A stretch of DNA of 64,000 nt from TPA_inf: Saccharomyces (taxonomy: Eukaryota): the NCBI GenBank assembly GCA_000146045.2, contig BK006942.2, forward strand, positions 352,001 through 416,000. The letters are read 5' to 3'. Below, one piece after another: positions 56,468-64,000 of the stretch. The notes beneath the pieces were generated by a model. It did no database searches. It was not told where the DNA came from and saw only the letters and a list, made by a program, of their open reading frames with translations. The position numbers were made by a program, and so were the translations under genes. Numbering within the stretch: position 1 is the first letter of the stretch; every line of letters starts with the position of its first letter.

Positions 56468-58375
56468 ATGGCTAACGACGCTCTAAGTGCTATTTTCAGT
56501 AATCCTTCGAGGAAAGGTGTCCAACCCTCCACATCTATTGTGTCATATACAAACAATGAAGATGATATTATAGATGTGGAAAATGGGAAGTTCAACAAGA
56601 ACAAGAATATCAACACTAATGTGTATGTGGACAACTCCTCAATAGAGGAGAGCGAAGTCGTGCCCTTGCCCGAAACAAAGTCCATCTGGAGTAAAATATA
56701 CTACGATTTCATTGTGTTAGACAAGACAACTTTGAATGTTTCGTTGAAAGAGTCGTTCTTGTATAACAGAGACTTGAAACCGGTTGAAGAAGAAAGAAGG
56801 TGTTGGTCCTGGTTCAATTACTTATATTTCTGGCTGGCAGACTGTTTCAATATTAACACATGGCAAATAGCTGGTACAGGTCTACAACTAGGTCTGAATT
56901 GGTGGCAATGTTGGCTTACAGTTTGGATCGGCTACACTTTTGCAGGTATCTTCGTAGTATTGAACTCGAGATTTGGTTCCGCATATCACTTATCTTTCCC
57001 TATTACTGTTAGGGCCTCATTTGGTATATTCTTTTCTATGTGGCCGATTATAAATCGTGTCGTGATGGCTATAGTATGGTATGCCGTGCAAGCCTGGTTA
57101 GGTGCAACGCCCGTGGCACTGATGCTAAAATCTATTTTTGGCAAGAATCTGGAAGATAGAATCCCAAACCATTTTGGTTCTCCAAATAGCACTACTTTTG
57201 AATTCATGTGTTTCTTTATATTTTGGGTGGTCAGTATACCATTTGTCCTAGTGGCTCCTCATAAAATCAGGCATTTATTCACAGTAAAAGCAGCTTTGAT
57301 CCCCTTCGCAGCCTTTGGATTTTTAATCTGGGCTTTGAAGAAATCGCACGGTAAAATTGAGTTGGGGACGCTGAATGATTATTCACCTCATGGTTCCGAA
57401 TTTTCATGGATATTCGTTAGATCCCTAATGGCCTGTGTTGCTAACTTTGCCGCTTTGATTATCAACGCCCCTGACTTCGGTAGATTTGCCAAAAATCCTC
57501 AAGCGTCTTTGTGGCCACAATTGGTTGCCATCCCATTGTTCTTCGCCATAACATGTTTGATCGGTATCATTGTTACTGCGGCCGGTTATCACTTATATGG
57601 GGTTAACTATTGGTCACCACTGGATGTACTTGGTCAATTTTTGGAGACCACTTACACCAGAGGTACTAGGGCTGGTGTGTTCTTGATTTCTTTTGTATTT
57701 GCCTTAGCTCAACTGGGTACAAACATTTCTGCCAACTCTCTGGCATGTGGTGCTGATATGACGGCTTTGTTTCCAAGATATATTAATATTAGAAGAGGTT
57801 CTTTATTCTGTGTGGCAATGGCTCTATGTATCTGTCCATGGAACTTAATGGCCAGTTCAAGTAAGTTCACCAGCGCTTTGGGTGCTTATGCAATTTTCCT
57901 TTCCAGTATTGCTGGTGTCATTTGCGCGGATTATTTCGTAGTAAGAAGAGGATATGTGAAATTAACACATTTATTCCTGGCACAGAAGGGTTCCTTTTAC
58001 ATGTTTGGAAACAAATTTGGTGCCAATTGGAGGGCCTTTGTTGCGTATATTTGCGGTATCGCTCCAAATTTACCAGGTTTTATAGGTGATGTTGGAGCTC
58101 CAAAAATTACGGTTTCAGAGGGTGCAATGAGGTTATACTATTTAGGTTATCCGGTAGGTTTCTTTATTAGTGCGGTGATATACCTCATATTATGTTACTT
58201 TTTTCCTGTCCCTGGTACTCCCGTAACCAATTTTCTGACAGAGAAAGGATGGTTCCAAAGATGGGCTTATGTTGAGGACTTCGAGCAAGATTGGAAGAAT
58301 GAGTTACGTAGGGATGACCTCTGCGATGACACAGTCAGTATCTATGATGGCACCGAGGAAAAGATAGTTTACTAA
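56468..58375 (+). CDS. DAL4: Allantoin permease (NCS1 nucleobase:cation symporter family), 635 aa, ~12 TM helices.
   Basis: ORF 56468..58375. Multiple hydrophobic helices. Strong similarity to the Fur4/Dal4 NCS1 signature (e.g. NRDLKPVEEERRCWSWFNY). Diverges from DAL1. Confidence 0.92.
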   Translation: MANDALSAIFSNPSRKGVQPSTSIVSYTNNEDDIIDVENGKFNKNKNINTNVYVDNSSIEESEVVPLPETKSIWSKIYYDFIVLDKTTLNVSLKESFLYNRDLKPVEEERRCWSWFNYLYFWLADCFNINTWQIAGTGLQLGLNWWQCWLTVWIGYTFAGIFVVLNSRFGSAYHLSFPITVRASFGIFFSMWPIINRVVMAIVWYAVQAWLGATPVALMLKSIFGKNLEDRIPNHFGSPNSTTFEFMCFFIFWVVSIPFVLVAPHKIRHLFTVKAALIPFAAFGFLIWALKKSHGKIELGTLNDYSPHGSEFSWIFVRSLMACVANFAALIINAPDFGRFAKNPQASLWPQLVAIPLFFAITCLIGIIVTAAGYHLYGVNYWSPLDVLGQFLETTYTRGTRAGVFLISFVFALAQLGTNISANSLACGADMTALFPRYINIRRGSLFCVAMALCICPWNLMASSSKFTSALGAYAIFLSSIAGVICADYFVVRRGYVKLTHLFLAQKGSFYMFGNKFGANWRAFVAYICGIAPNLPGFIGDVGAPKITVSEGAMRLYYLGYPVGFFISAVIYLILCYFFPVPGTPVTNFLTEKGWFQRWAYVEDFEQDWKNELRRDDLCDDTVSIYDGTEEKIVY

Positions 58376-58591
58376 ATAAAAATCCCAATTTATTCTCTTA
58401 CCAGTAGTGATCAGGAGAATTGATAATTTCTTCAAAACACCTTAATATTCGTTCTGTGTATTTTTATGTACCTTTCTTAATCAAATTTATCAGCTTCATA
58501 CATGCATTCCCGTCTGAATAATGTACTGATGATTAGCTAAACCGTCATCAACCTACCAAACTTGCGCTTGTTTGAGCCTATCAGAACTCCG

Positions 58592-58633
58592 GATAATTCC
58601 GACATCTTATCTTTGACTCGAATTAGCGATAAG
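58592..58633. promoter_or_regulatory. DAL2 promoter GATA elements (GATAA 58592-58596, CTTATC 58606-58611, GATAAG 58628-58633).
   Basis: Direct motif reading ~180-215 bp upstream of the DAL2 ATG. Confidence 0.55.
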
Positions 58634-58806
58634 ATAAAAACACAGGAACCACAATGAAATTCAGCTGGAAGAAAAGTCTAAATTATAGACACATTTTCTG
58701 AGATCAAATGCTATAAAGGAATGGAAGTGCATTTTGCTATGATATGGGGAAATTATGAAGCCGATCAAACAATTAATTGTATCTAATCGGTCTCTTCTTT
58801 AGAAAA

Positions 58807-59838
58807 ATGAAGTTTTTTAGTTTGGCAGATGAGGCAGAATTTAAGTCAATAATCATTTCAAAAAACAAAGCAGTAGATGTTATAGGATCTAAGTTAGGTG
58901 GTCAAGTGGTTTCTTTTTCAGATGAATGGTTTGCTTCTGCTGAAAATTTAATTCAGCCAACTGCTCCTATAAGGGATCCTACCAGATTTGTTCATTCAGG
59001 CGCATGGTACGACGGCTGGGAAACACGAAGACATAATGAGATGGAATACGATTGGGTTATCATCAAGATGGGAGTCGCTGCTGCCCATATTATTGGTGGT
59101 GAAATTGACACTGCGTTTTTCAATGGTAATCATGCACCATTTGTATCAATAGAGGCGCTCTATGACGAGGGCGAAGAAGGTAATATAGTGGAAGATGACT
59201 CGCGTTGGGTTGAGATTGTTGAGAAATTTGAGTGTGGTCCTTCGCAAAGGCATCTTTTCGTTAGAGGCAACGGCCTTACTAAAGAAAGGTTTACTCACAT
59301 CAAGCTGAAGATGTACCCCGATGGAGGAATCGCCAGATTTAGATTATACGGAAGAGTTGTTCCTCCAGAACTCAAAACGAAGGATCATATAATTGACTTG
59401 GCTTATGTTTGCAATGGTGCTGTCGCTTTAAAGTATTCTGACCAACACTTCGGTTCAGTTGATAATTTGCTACTGCCAGGTCGAGGTCATGATATGTCGG
59501 ACGGCTGGGAAACCAAAAGATCGAGACAACCAGGTCATACTGATTGGGCGGTAATTCAACTGGGCAGGGAGTCTTCTTTCATTGAGAAGATTATTGTTGA
59601 TACGGCACACTTCAGGGGGAACTTCCCTCAGTTCATTACCGTGGAAGGTTGCTTGAAGGAGTCAGAATCAAGTGAGAACACTGGTGAAGGAACATGGGTA
59701 GAGCTAGTTGGTAAGTCAAAGACGGGGCCTGACAAAGAACATGTGTATGAAATACGTAAGAGTATAAGAGTCTCCCATGTCAAATTAACGATTATTCCAG
59801 ATGGAGGAGTGAAAAGAATAAGAGTTTGGGGGTACTGA
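58807..59838 (+). CDS. DAL2: Allantoicase (two tandem allantoicase repeats), ~343 aa from Met at 58807 (track ORF begins at 58777).
   Basis: ORF 58777..59838. Internal duplication visible (SDEWFASAENL...GWETRR and MSDGWETKR...). Allantoicase family. Confidence 0.88.
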   Translation: MKFFSLADEAEFKSIIISKNKAVDVIGSKLGGQVVSFSDEWFASAENLIQPTAPIRDPTRFVHSGAWYDGWETRRHNEMEYDWVIIKMGVAAAHIIGGEIDTAFFNGNHAPFVSIEALYDEGEEGNIVEDDSRWVEIVEKFECGPSQRHLFVRGNGLTKERFTHIKLKMYPDGGIARFRLYGRVVPPELKTKDHIIDLAYVCNGAVALKYSDQHFGSVDNLLLPGRGHDMSDGWETKRSRQPGHTDWAVIQLGRESSFIEKIIVDTAHFRGNFPQFITVEGCLKESESSENTGEGTWVELVGKSKTGPDKEHVYEIRKSIRVSHVKLTIIPDGGVKRIRVWGY

Positions 59839-60035
59839 TAAATACTTAACTACTGTATATTTTAAACCAATGCACTCTTGGCACTTTAAAAGTAAAGGTA
59901 TAAATGTAGTTAAAAGTTTTTGTTTTGATAATTGAATGTTTTCATTTCGCTATCCCCACGCTACTTTATTTACTTCTTCTTCTTCACGACAAAACATTAA
60001 AATTTACACTCTATAAAAAACAATCATATTTCTAT

Positions 60036-60770
60036 TTATTTTTGTGAGTTGACAAATCTTATCATAGTGATTAGAATCTGTAAACCGATCTCAATCGTGT
60101 CCAGAAACAGCGTGCCATCCCTTTGGAATGTTTTCGCCAGTTTATTTTGCAAACCCGAGAATCCTGCACAACCTAATATTACAATGTCTGAATCAAGCTT
60201 TTTAATATTTTCGCGATATATAATTTCTGCTATCTGCTGGAAATTTTCTGGACTATGTAGGTCGAGGACCTGTAAATCAGTAGATACCGTACCTTTCCAT
60301 AAATTTTTGTTAACTGTATTCCCTGTCAAGAATTTCGATTCCACAGAGTTATTCAATATTGGAATCCATTCTTTATTTGAAGTAATAATAGAGAACTTCT
60401 TTCCAACCAAATTGCAATAATTAATACTACTATCTAATAACCCAACAATAGAAACATCTGCTTTTTCTTTAGCAGCTCTATCCTTTATCTTTGCTACCAA
60501 AGGATGATCTGAAAAACAGGCAATTAATATCCCGTTGAATTTCTGAAAGTAATATACCGACTCCTGGTCATCAATTAAGAGGGGAAGACAGGCCTCCATA
60601 CTTTTAATACTTGTTTCCTGCCCATCAATTTGTGGTGGCGACGTGTCTGGCCCTGTGAAATAACTGATTTTACATGATTCCATTGAAAAAGTCTTTTCAA
60701 TGGTTTCCCGCAAGGACACCGTCATTGACTTCGAACTATTAGGATTCACAACAAGTATTCTTGTTTCCAT
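60036..60770 (-). CDS. DCG1: Dal80-controlled gene 1: Asp/Glu/hydantoin-racemase-like protein, 244 aa, substrate unknown.
   Basis: ORF 60036..60770 minus strand, sitting inside the DAL cluster. Two putative racemase catalytic Cys regions (ILIACFSDHP and ILGCAGFSG). Confidence 0.85.
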   Translation of the reverse strand: METRILVVNPNSSKSMTVSLRETIEKTFSMESCKISYFTGPDTSPPQIDGQETSIKSMEACLPLLIDDQESVYYFQKFNGILIACFSDHPLVAKIKDRAAKEKADVSIVGLLDSSINYCNLVGKKFSIITSNKEWIPILNNSVESKFLTGNTVNKNLWKGTVSTDLQVLDLHSPENFQQIAEIIYRENIKKLDSDIVILGCAGFSGLQNKLAKTFQRDGTLFLDTIEIGLQILITMIRFVNSQK

Positions 60771-60918
60771 CGTTCGATAATTTGCTTAGCTAGTTTTTCT
60801 TTGTTCTTTTGATTTTCCTGAGGTAAGAATTAGTAATTCAGTTTCCTTACATATTCTCGCTTCAAAGGCTTAAATATGATCTGGCATGGAGAAAAAATAT
60901 GAGTTCAATTTGTCATAC

Positions 60919-60934
60919 CTTATCAGGCCTTATC
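60919..60934. promoter_or_regulatory. DCG1 promoter: two tandem CTTATC (GATAAG) sites 10 bp apart (60919-60924 and 60929-60934), ~150 bp upstream of the DCG1 ATG.
   Basis: Direct motif reading. DCG1 was named for its control by the GATA repressor Dal80. Confidence 0.6.
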
Positions 60935-61014
60935 AGCTCAAATTTGATTGGATTATGCGTTAAAACAGCGCCTAAAATTCTTCGAATATTCGTCAGGTTA
61001 TGTACGTATACATT

Positions 61015-62679
61015 CTATAATTTACTTAAGTCAACTGGTTTGGCACTTGGCTTAATAATTTCATCATACAATAAAGTGGTCAAGAAGTCGCTAAAGATTT
61101 TACCAGTGACTTCAGGCAAAAAATACTTGGCTGCCAAGGCAAACTTGTTCTTTTCACCCAGCGGACTTGCTGAAGCCAATTTTGCAGTCTCTTCATTTAA
61201 TATCTTAGCGGTCAATTCTGGAGTTACTTTGTCACCGGTATCACTTAAGACAACACCATGTTTAACCCACTGGTACAATTGACAACGTGATACTTCCGCA
61301 GTAGCGGCATCTTCCATCAAATGATTAATTGGGACACAACCAGATCCCCTTAACCAAGCCTCCATATATTGTAGGCCAATATCCAAGTTTACTCTGATTC
61401 CCTCAGTAGTGACTTGAGCATCTTGAATCTTCGTATTCAATAAATCAGATGATGTAACATGTACATCCGGGACAAAATATATTTGATTTGCTGTACCCAT
61501 GTTACTGAAAACTTCATTACAAATCGGTGCCAATGCTGGGTGTGCTACCCATGACCCATCATGCCCATTCTTCATTTCTCTAATTTTGTCATTACGAACT
61601 TTGTTCATTGCAGCTTCATTAGCCTTTGGATCATCTTTTATGGGGATTTGGGCAGCCATACCACCCATCGCATGGACCCCTCTACGGTGACATGTATTGA
61701 TCAATCTTTTCACATAAGCATCCATAAAAGGTGAAGTCATAGTCACTAGATCCCTATTTGGCAAAACGTGTTCAGGCAAGTTTCTCAGTTTTTTAATGGT
61801 CGAAAATATGTAGTCCCAACGACCACAGTTCAAACCGCTTGAATGTTCTCTTATTTGATAGATAATCTCCTCCATTTGGAAGGCCGCTGGCAAAGTTTCA
61901 ATCAGAACAGTGGCCCTAATGGTACCGCGGGGCATTCCAATAAAATCTTGTGCAACACAGAATATGTCATTCCATAGTTTTACCTCCATATGGTGCTCCA
62001 TCTTTGGTAAGTAAAAATAAGGTCCTTTACCAATTTTAACTAACTCTTTAGCGTTATGGTAAAAATATAAACCAAAATCGAAGATGGAAGCACTAATCGG
62101 TTCATCATCTATGTAAAGGTGCTTCTCCACCATGTGCCAGCCACGAGGTCTGACAATTAAAGTGGGCAGTCTTGAAATGTCATCCTTCAACCTGTACTCC
62201 TTTCTTGGTGTCTTGAAATCGATTTGATTTCTAATGGCATCATAAAGATTAACTTGTCCGTAAATCATGTTCTCCCAAGTTGGAGATGAAGAGTCCTCGA
62301 AATCAGTCATATATGTCGTTACTTCAGCATTCAAAGCGTTGACTAACATATTTCTCAATGGTGGCCCAGTAATCTCGCTGGATCTGTTGATCAAACCAGG
62401 GGCTGGGATAGCACCTTGCCATGTAGGATCGTTCCTGATTTGTTCGGTTTCCGGCAAGAAATCAAATCGGTATTCACCAGAGTCTAACTTTGATTGTAAA
62501 TTGCTTCTGTTGGCTAAAAGCTGTTTCCGTGTTGAATTGAAAGTTCTATGCAGCAAAACAATGAACTCTAAGGCATCTTTTGTTAAAATATCAGCTACAG
62601 TAGTTTTGGAAGGTTCAAATTGAGGAGTCGTGTCGATGTCTGCGTATAGAGCAGTGTTGTCCAAGCTTATCTTCACCAT
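61015..62679 (-). CDS. DAL7: Malate synthase (glyoxylate-consuming; allantoin-pathway isozyme), 554 aa.
   Basis: ORF 61015..62679 minus strand. Malate synthase family signatures throughout. Carries a C-terminal SKL peroxisomal targeting signal. Confidence 0.93.
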   Translation of the reverse strand: MVKISLDNTALYADIDTTPQFEPSKTTVADILTKDALEFIVLLHRTFNSTRKQLLANRSNLQSKLDSGEYRFDFLPETEQIRNDPTWQGAIPAPGLINRSSEITGPPLRNMLVNALNAEVTTYMTDFEDSSSPTWENMIYGQVNLYDAIRNQIDFKTPRKEYRLKDDISRLPTLIVRPRGWHMVEKHLYIDDEPISASIFDFGLYFYHNAKELVKIGKGPYFYLPKMEHHMEVKLWNDIFCVAQDFIGMPRGTIRATVLIETLPAAFQMEEIIYQIREHSSGLNCGRWDYIFSTIKKLRNLPEHVLPNRDLVTMTSPFMDAYVKRLINTCHRRGVHAMGGMAAQIPIKDDPKANEAAMNKVRNDKIREMKNGHDGSWVAHPALAPICNEVFSNMGTANQIYFVPDVHVTSSDLLNTKIQDAQVTTEGIRVNLDIGLQYMEAWLRGSGCVPINHLMEDAATAEVSRCQLYQWVKHGVVLSDTGDKVTPELTAKILNEETAKLASASPLGEKNKFALAAKYFLPEVTGKIFSDFLTTLLYDEIIKPSAKPVDLSKL

Positions 62680-62840
62680 TGTTCAGTGCTCTTTACCGTG
62701 CCTATGACACATACTCTAAGTGATATCAACTGCACAGAAAGTGAAGAATTAAGACTACATGCGTAAATGTCCCCATTTTATACTTATTGCTTCACCAATT
62801 GACGAAACTATCCAATCTTTGTGATACTTTCACGATGTAC

Positions 62841-62907
62841 CTTATCCAAGATAAGCCAAAACTTATGAAATTCAATTTATGTGATAAGAAAAGCAAACGC
62901 AATTTTC
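62841..62907. promoter_or_regulatory. DAL7 upstream control region: inverted pair of GATAAG sites (CTTATC 62841-62846, GATAAG 62850-62855), a further GATAAG at ~62884-62889, and the allantoin-pathway upstream induction sequence UIS(ALL) GAAAATTGCGTT (reverse-complement at 62896-62907).
   Basis: Motifs read directly. GATAAG is the UAS-NTR bound by Gln3/Gat1/Dal80/Gzf3. The dodecanucleotide GAAAATTGCGTT is the published Dal82-dependent UIS of DAL7. Confidence 0.75.
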
Positions 62908-63029
62908 CAAAATCCGCGGTATTCTATCGCACCGCAACTTTCAGCGGAGATTTTATGTCGATAATCGTAAACCTATGAAATTACTAATACATGAACATTT
63001 ACATATTTACTTCGCCCACAGTCGCAGAA

Positions 63030-63617
63030 TTAGATGATAATACAAACGTCGCCATCGCTGTAGTGTTCTTCCACACAGTCCTTCTCGGGCCTGTCAGGGT
63101 CCAGACTTTCGTAGATTAAGACTGAAAAATCCAAATGTTCTTCCTTGCCAAGTACTATCATGGGCGCATGCCAGGTACCTAAGCCATAGGTAACGGCCTG
63201 ATTACCCAAACATGTAAAAGCCCTCAACGTAGACAAGTCTGGCTTATTTCCAATTTCTTTAGCGACTACTACCAAGTATGCTACTTCCGCTGACGTTCTC
63301 CCCATAGGCACAAACGTCTGCGTACTACACGGATGCTTTTCGAGGACTTTGATAGAATGAGAAATCGCCTGATTGGAGCCTTGAGTGAATACTCTATTCA
63401 GGTGCGGCTGTGGAAAGCAACGGAATAGGTTCCAATTGGGAACTTTACTGGTAGATTTATTCTCTACCTGGCTTACTTGAAGCAATTTGATCGCTGTTCC
63501 CTGGTTTGCACCTTTTTCAAGGTTTTGCATCCTTGAAATCTCTTCATCTGGCGAAATTATCGTCCCATACTCCTCGAAGGACTCTTTCGTCAATGTCTCC
63601 GCCACCACGGTCACCAT
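63030..63617 (-). CDS. DAL3: Ureidoglycolate lyase (ureidoglycolate hydrolase family, cupin fold), 195 aa.
   Basis: ORF 63030..63617 minus strand. Size and position at the distal end of the DAL cluster. A cluster of GATAAG motifs lies upstream. Confidence 0.88.
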   Translation of the reverse strand: MVTVVAETLTKESFEEYGTIISPDEEISRMQNLEKGANQGTAIKLLQVSQVENKSTSKVPNWNLFRCFPQPHLNRVFTQGSNQAISHSIKVLEKHPCSTQTFVPMGRTSAEVAYLVVVAKEIGNKPDLSTLRAFTCLGNQAVTYGLGTWHAPMIVLGKEEHLDFSVLIYESLDPDRPEKDCVEEHYSDGDVCIII

Positions 63618-63648
63618 ATCTTTGCTTCAAAGATTTTTTGCCCTACAA

Positions 63649-63784
63649 GATAAGCATCAAGAGCGATTGGATGACAGTTACTGACTTATATATGCGAATG
63701 CACATGAATAGACCGCATATGCTTCTTATCAGTCTTACCTCGCTTATCTTTCCCCATTTATTTGCCAATCCATCTTATCTTATC
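63649..63784. promoter_or_regulatory. DAL3 promoter: at least five GATAAG motifs (GATAAG 63649-63654; CTTATC 63725-63730, 63743-63748, 63774-63779 and 63779-63784 overlapping).
   Basis: Direct motif count. Far denser than expected by chance in 140 bp. Consistent with nitrogen-catabolite-repression control. Confidence 0.7.
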
Positions 63785-64000
63785 TGGCACTTTGTCTCAG
63801 GGTTAGTGTTACAAAAAGGCTAGGACTTATTTCCAAAATTCTACTTTTGAAAATAACCCTAACAATAAAAGCAAGGGCATTCTGATGTTACCCTAGAAAT
63901 GTCGTATTTCTTTTTATATCGTGGATCATGACAAAAAACTCAACATTTTCAAATGGGTGAGCTCTAAACCAGAAAATACAGCCGCCGAAAGCCTTTTAAA

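Noticed and set aside
1-64000. CRISPR arrays, prokaryotic operons, prophage or integrative elements, Ty elements.
   Set aside because: The sequence is clearly budding-yeast nuclear DNA: point centromere, tRNA with A/B boxes, monocistronic genes recognisable as yeast proteins. I found no direct-repeat/spacer arrays and did not recognise Ty LTR termini (TGTTG...CAACA) by eye.

Overview
This window looks like Saccharomyces cerevisiae chromosome IX, running from the 5' part of INP51 (YIL002C) across the point centromere CEN9 into the right arm as far as the DAL3 promoter. I base this on recognising nearly every long ORF in the six-frame track as a known yeast protein in the known chromosomal order. 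If my recollection of reference coordinates is right, window position + 352,000 gives the reference chrIX coordinate; I cannot verify that offset here.

Gene order, with strand:
- INP51 (-, partial)
- YIL001W (+)
- CEN9
- SGN1 (-)
- MPH1 (-)
- AIM21 (+)
- DJP1 (+)
- IST3 (+)
- PAN1 (-)
- tRNA-Glu(UUC) (+)
- EGH1/YIR007W (+)
- PRI1 (-)
- MSL1 (+)
- DSN1 (+)
- STS1 (-)
- SQT1 (+)
- GAT4 (-)
- YIR014W (+)
- RPR2 (+)
- YIR016W (+)
- MET28 (-)
- YAP5 (+)
- a ~4.2 kb ORF-poor region
- FLO11 (-), with its exceptionally long ~3.6 kb upstream regulatory region
- MRS1 (+)
- SEC11 (+)
- DAL81 (+)
- INA22 (-)
- MND2 (+)
- YVH1 (-)
- the allantoin catabolic cluster DAL1 (-), DAL4 (+), DAL2 (+), DCG1 (-), DAL7 (-), DAL3 (-)

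This is eukaryotic DNA, so there are no CRISPR arrays or operons. Genes are monocistronic with AT-rich intergenic promoters and terminators, and I saw no spliceosomal introns.

I do not find an undescribed system. This is one of the best-characterised regions of the yeast genome. The features most worth a second look are:
- the hypervariable tandem-repeat core of FLO11;
- FLO11's giant promoter, which carries the ICR1/PWR1 ncRNA toggle in the reference strain;
- GATAAG and UIS(ALL) motifs upstream of the DAL genes;
- a gene-poor region 3' of FLO11 with two near-perfect palindromes, an A28 tract and a (GAAAA)5 microsatellite;
- codon-level tandem repeats in PAN1, DSN1 and DAL81.

All gene identifications rest on my recognition of the translated sequences and conserved motifs. 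No database search was possible.
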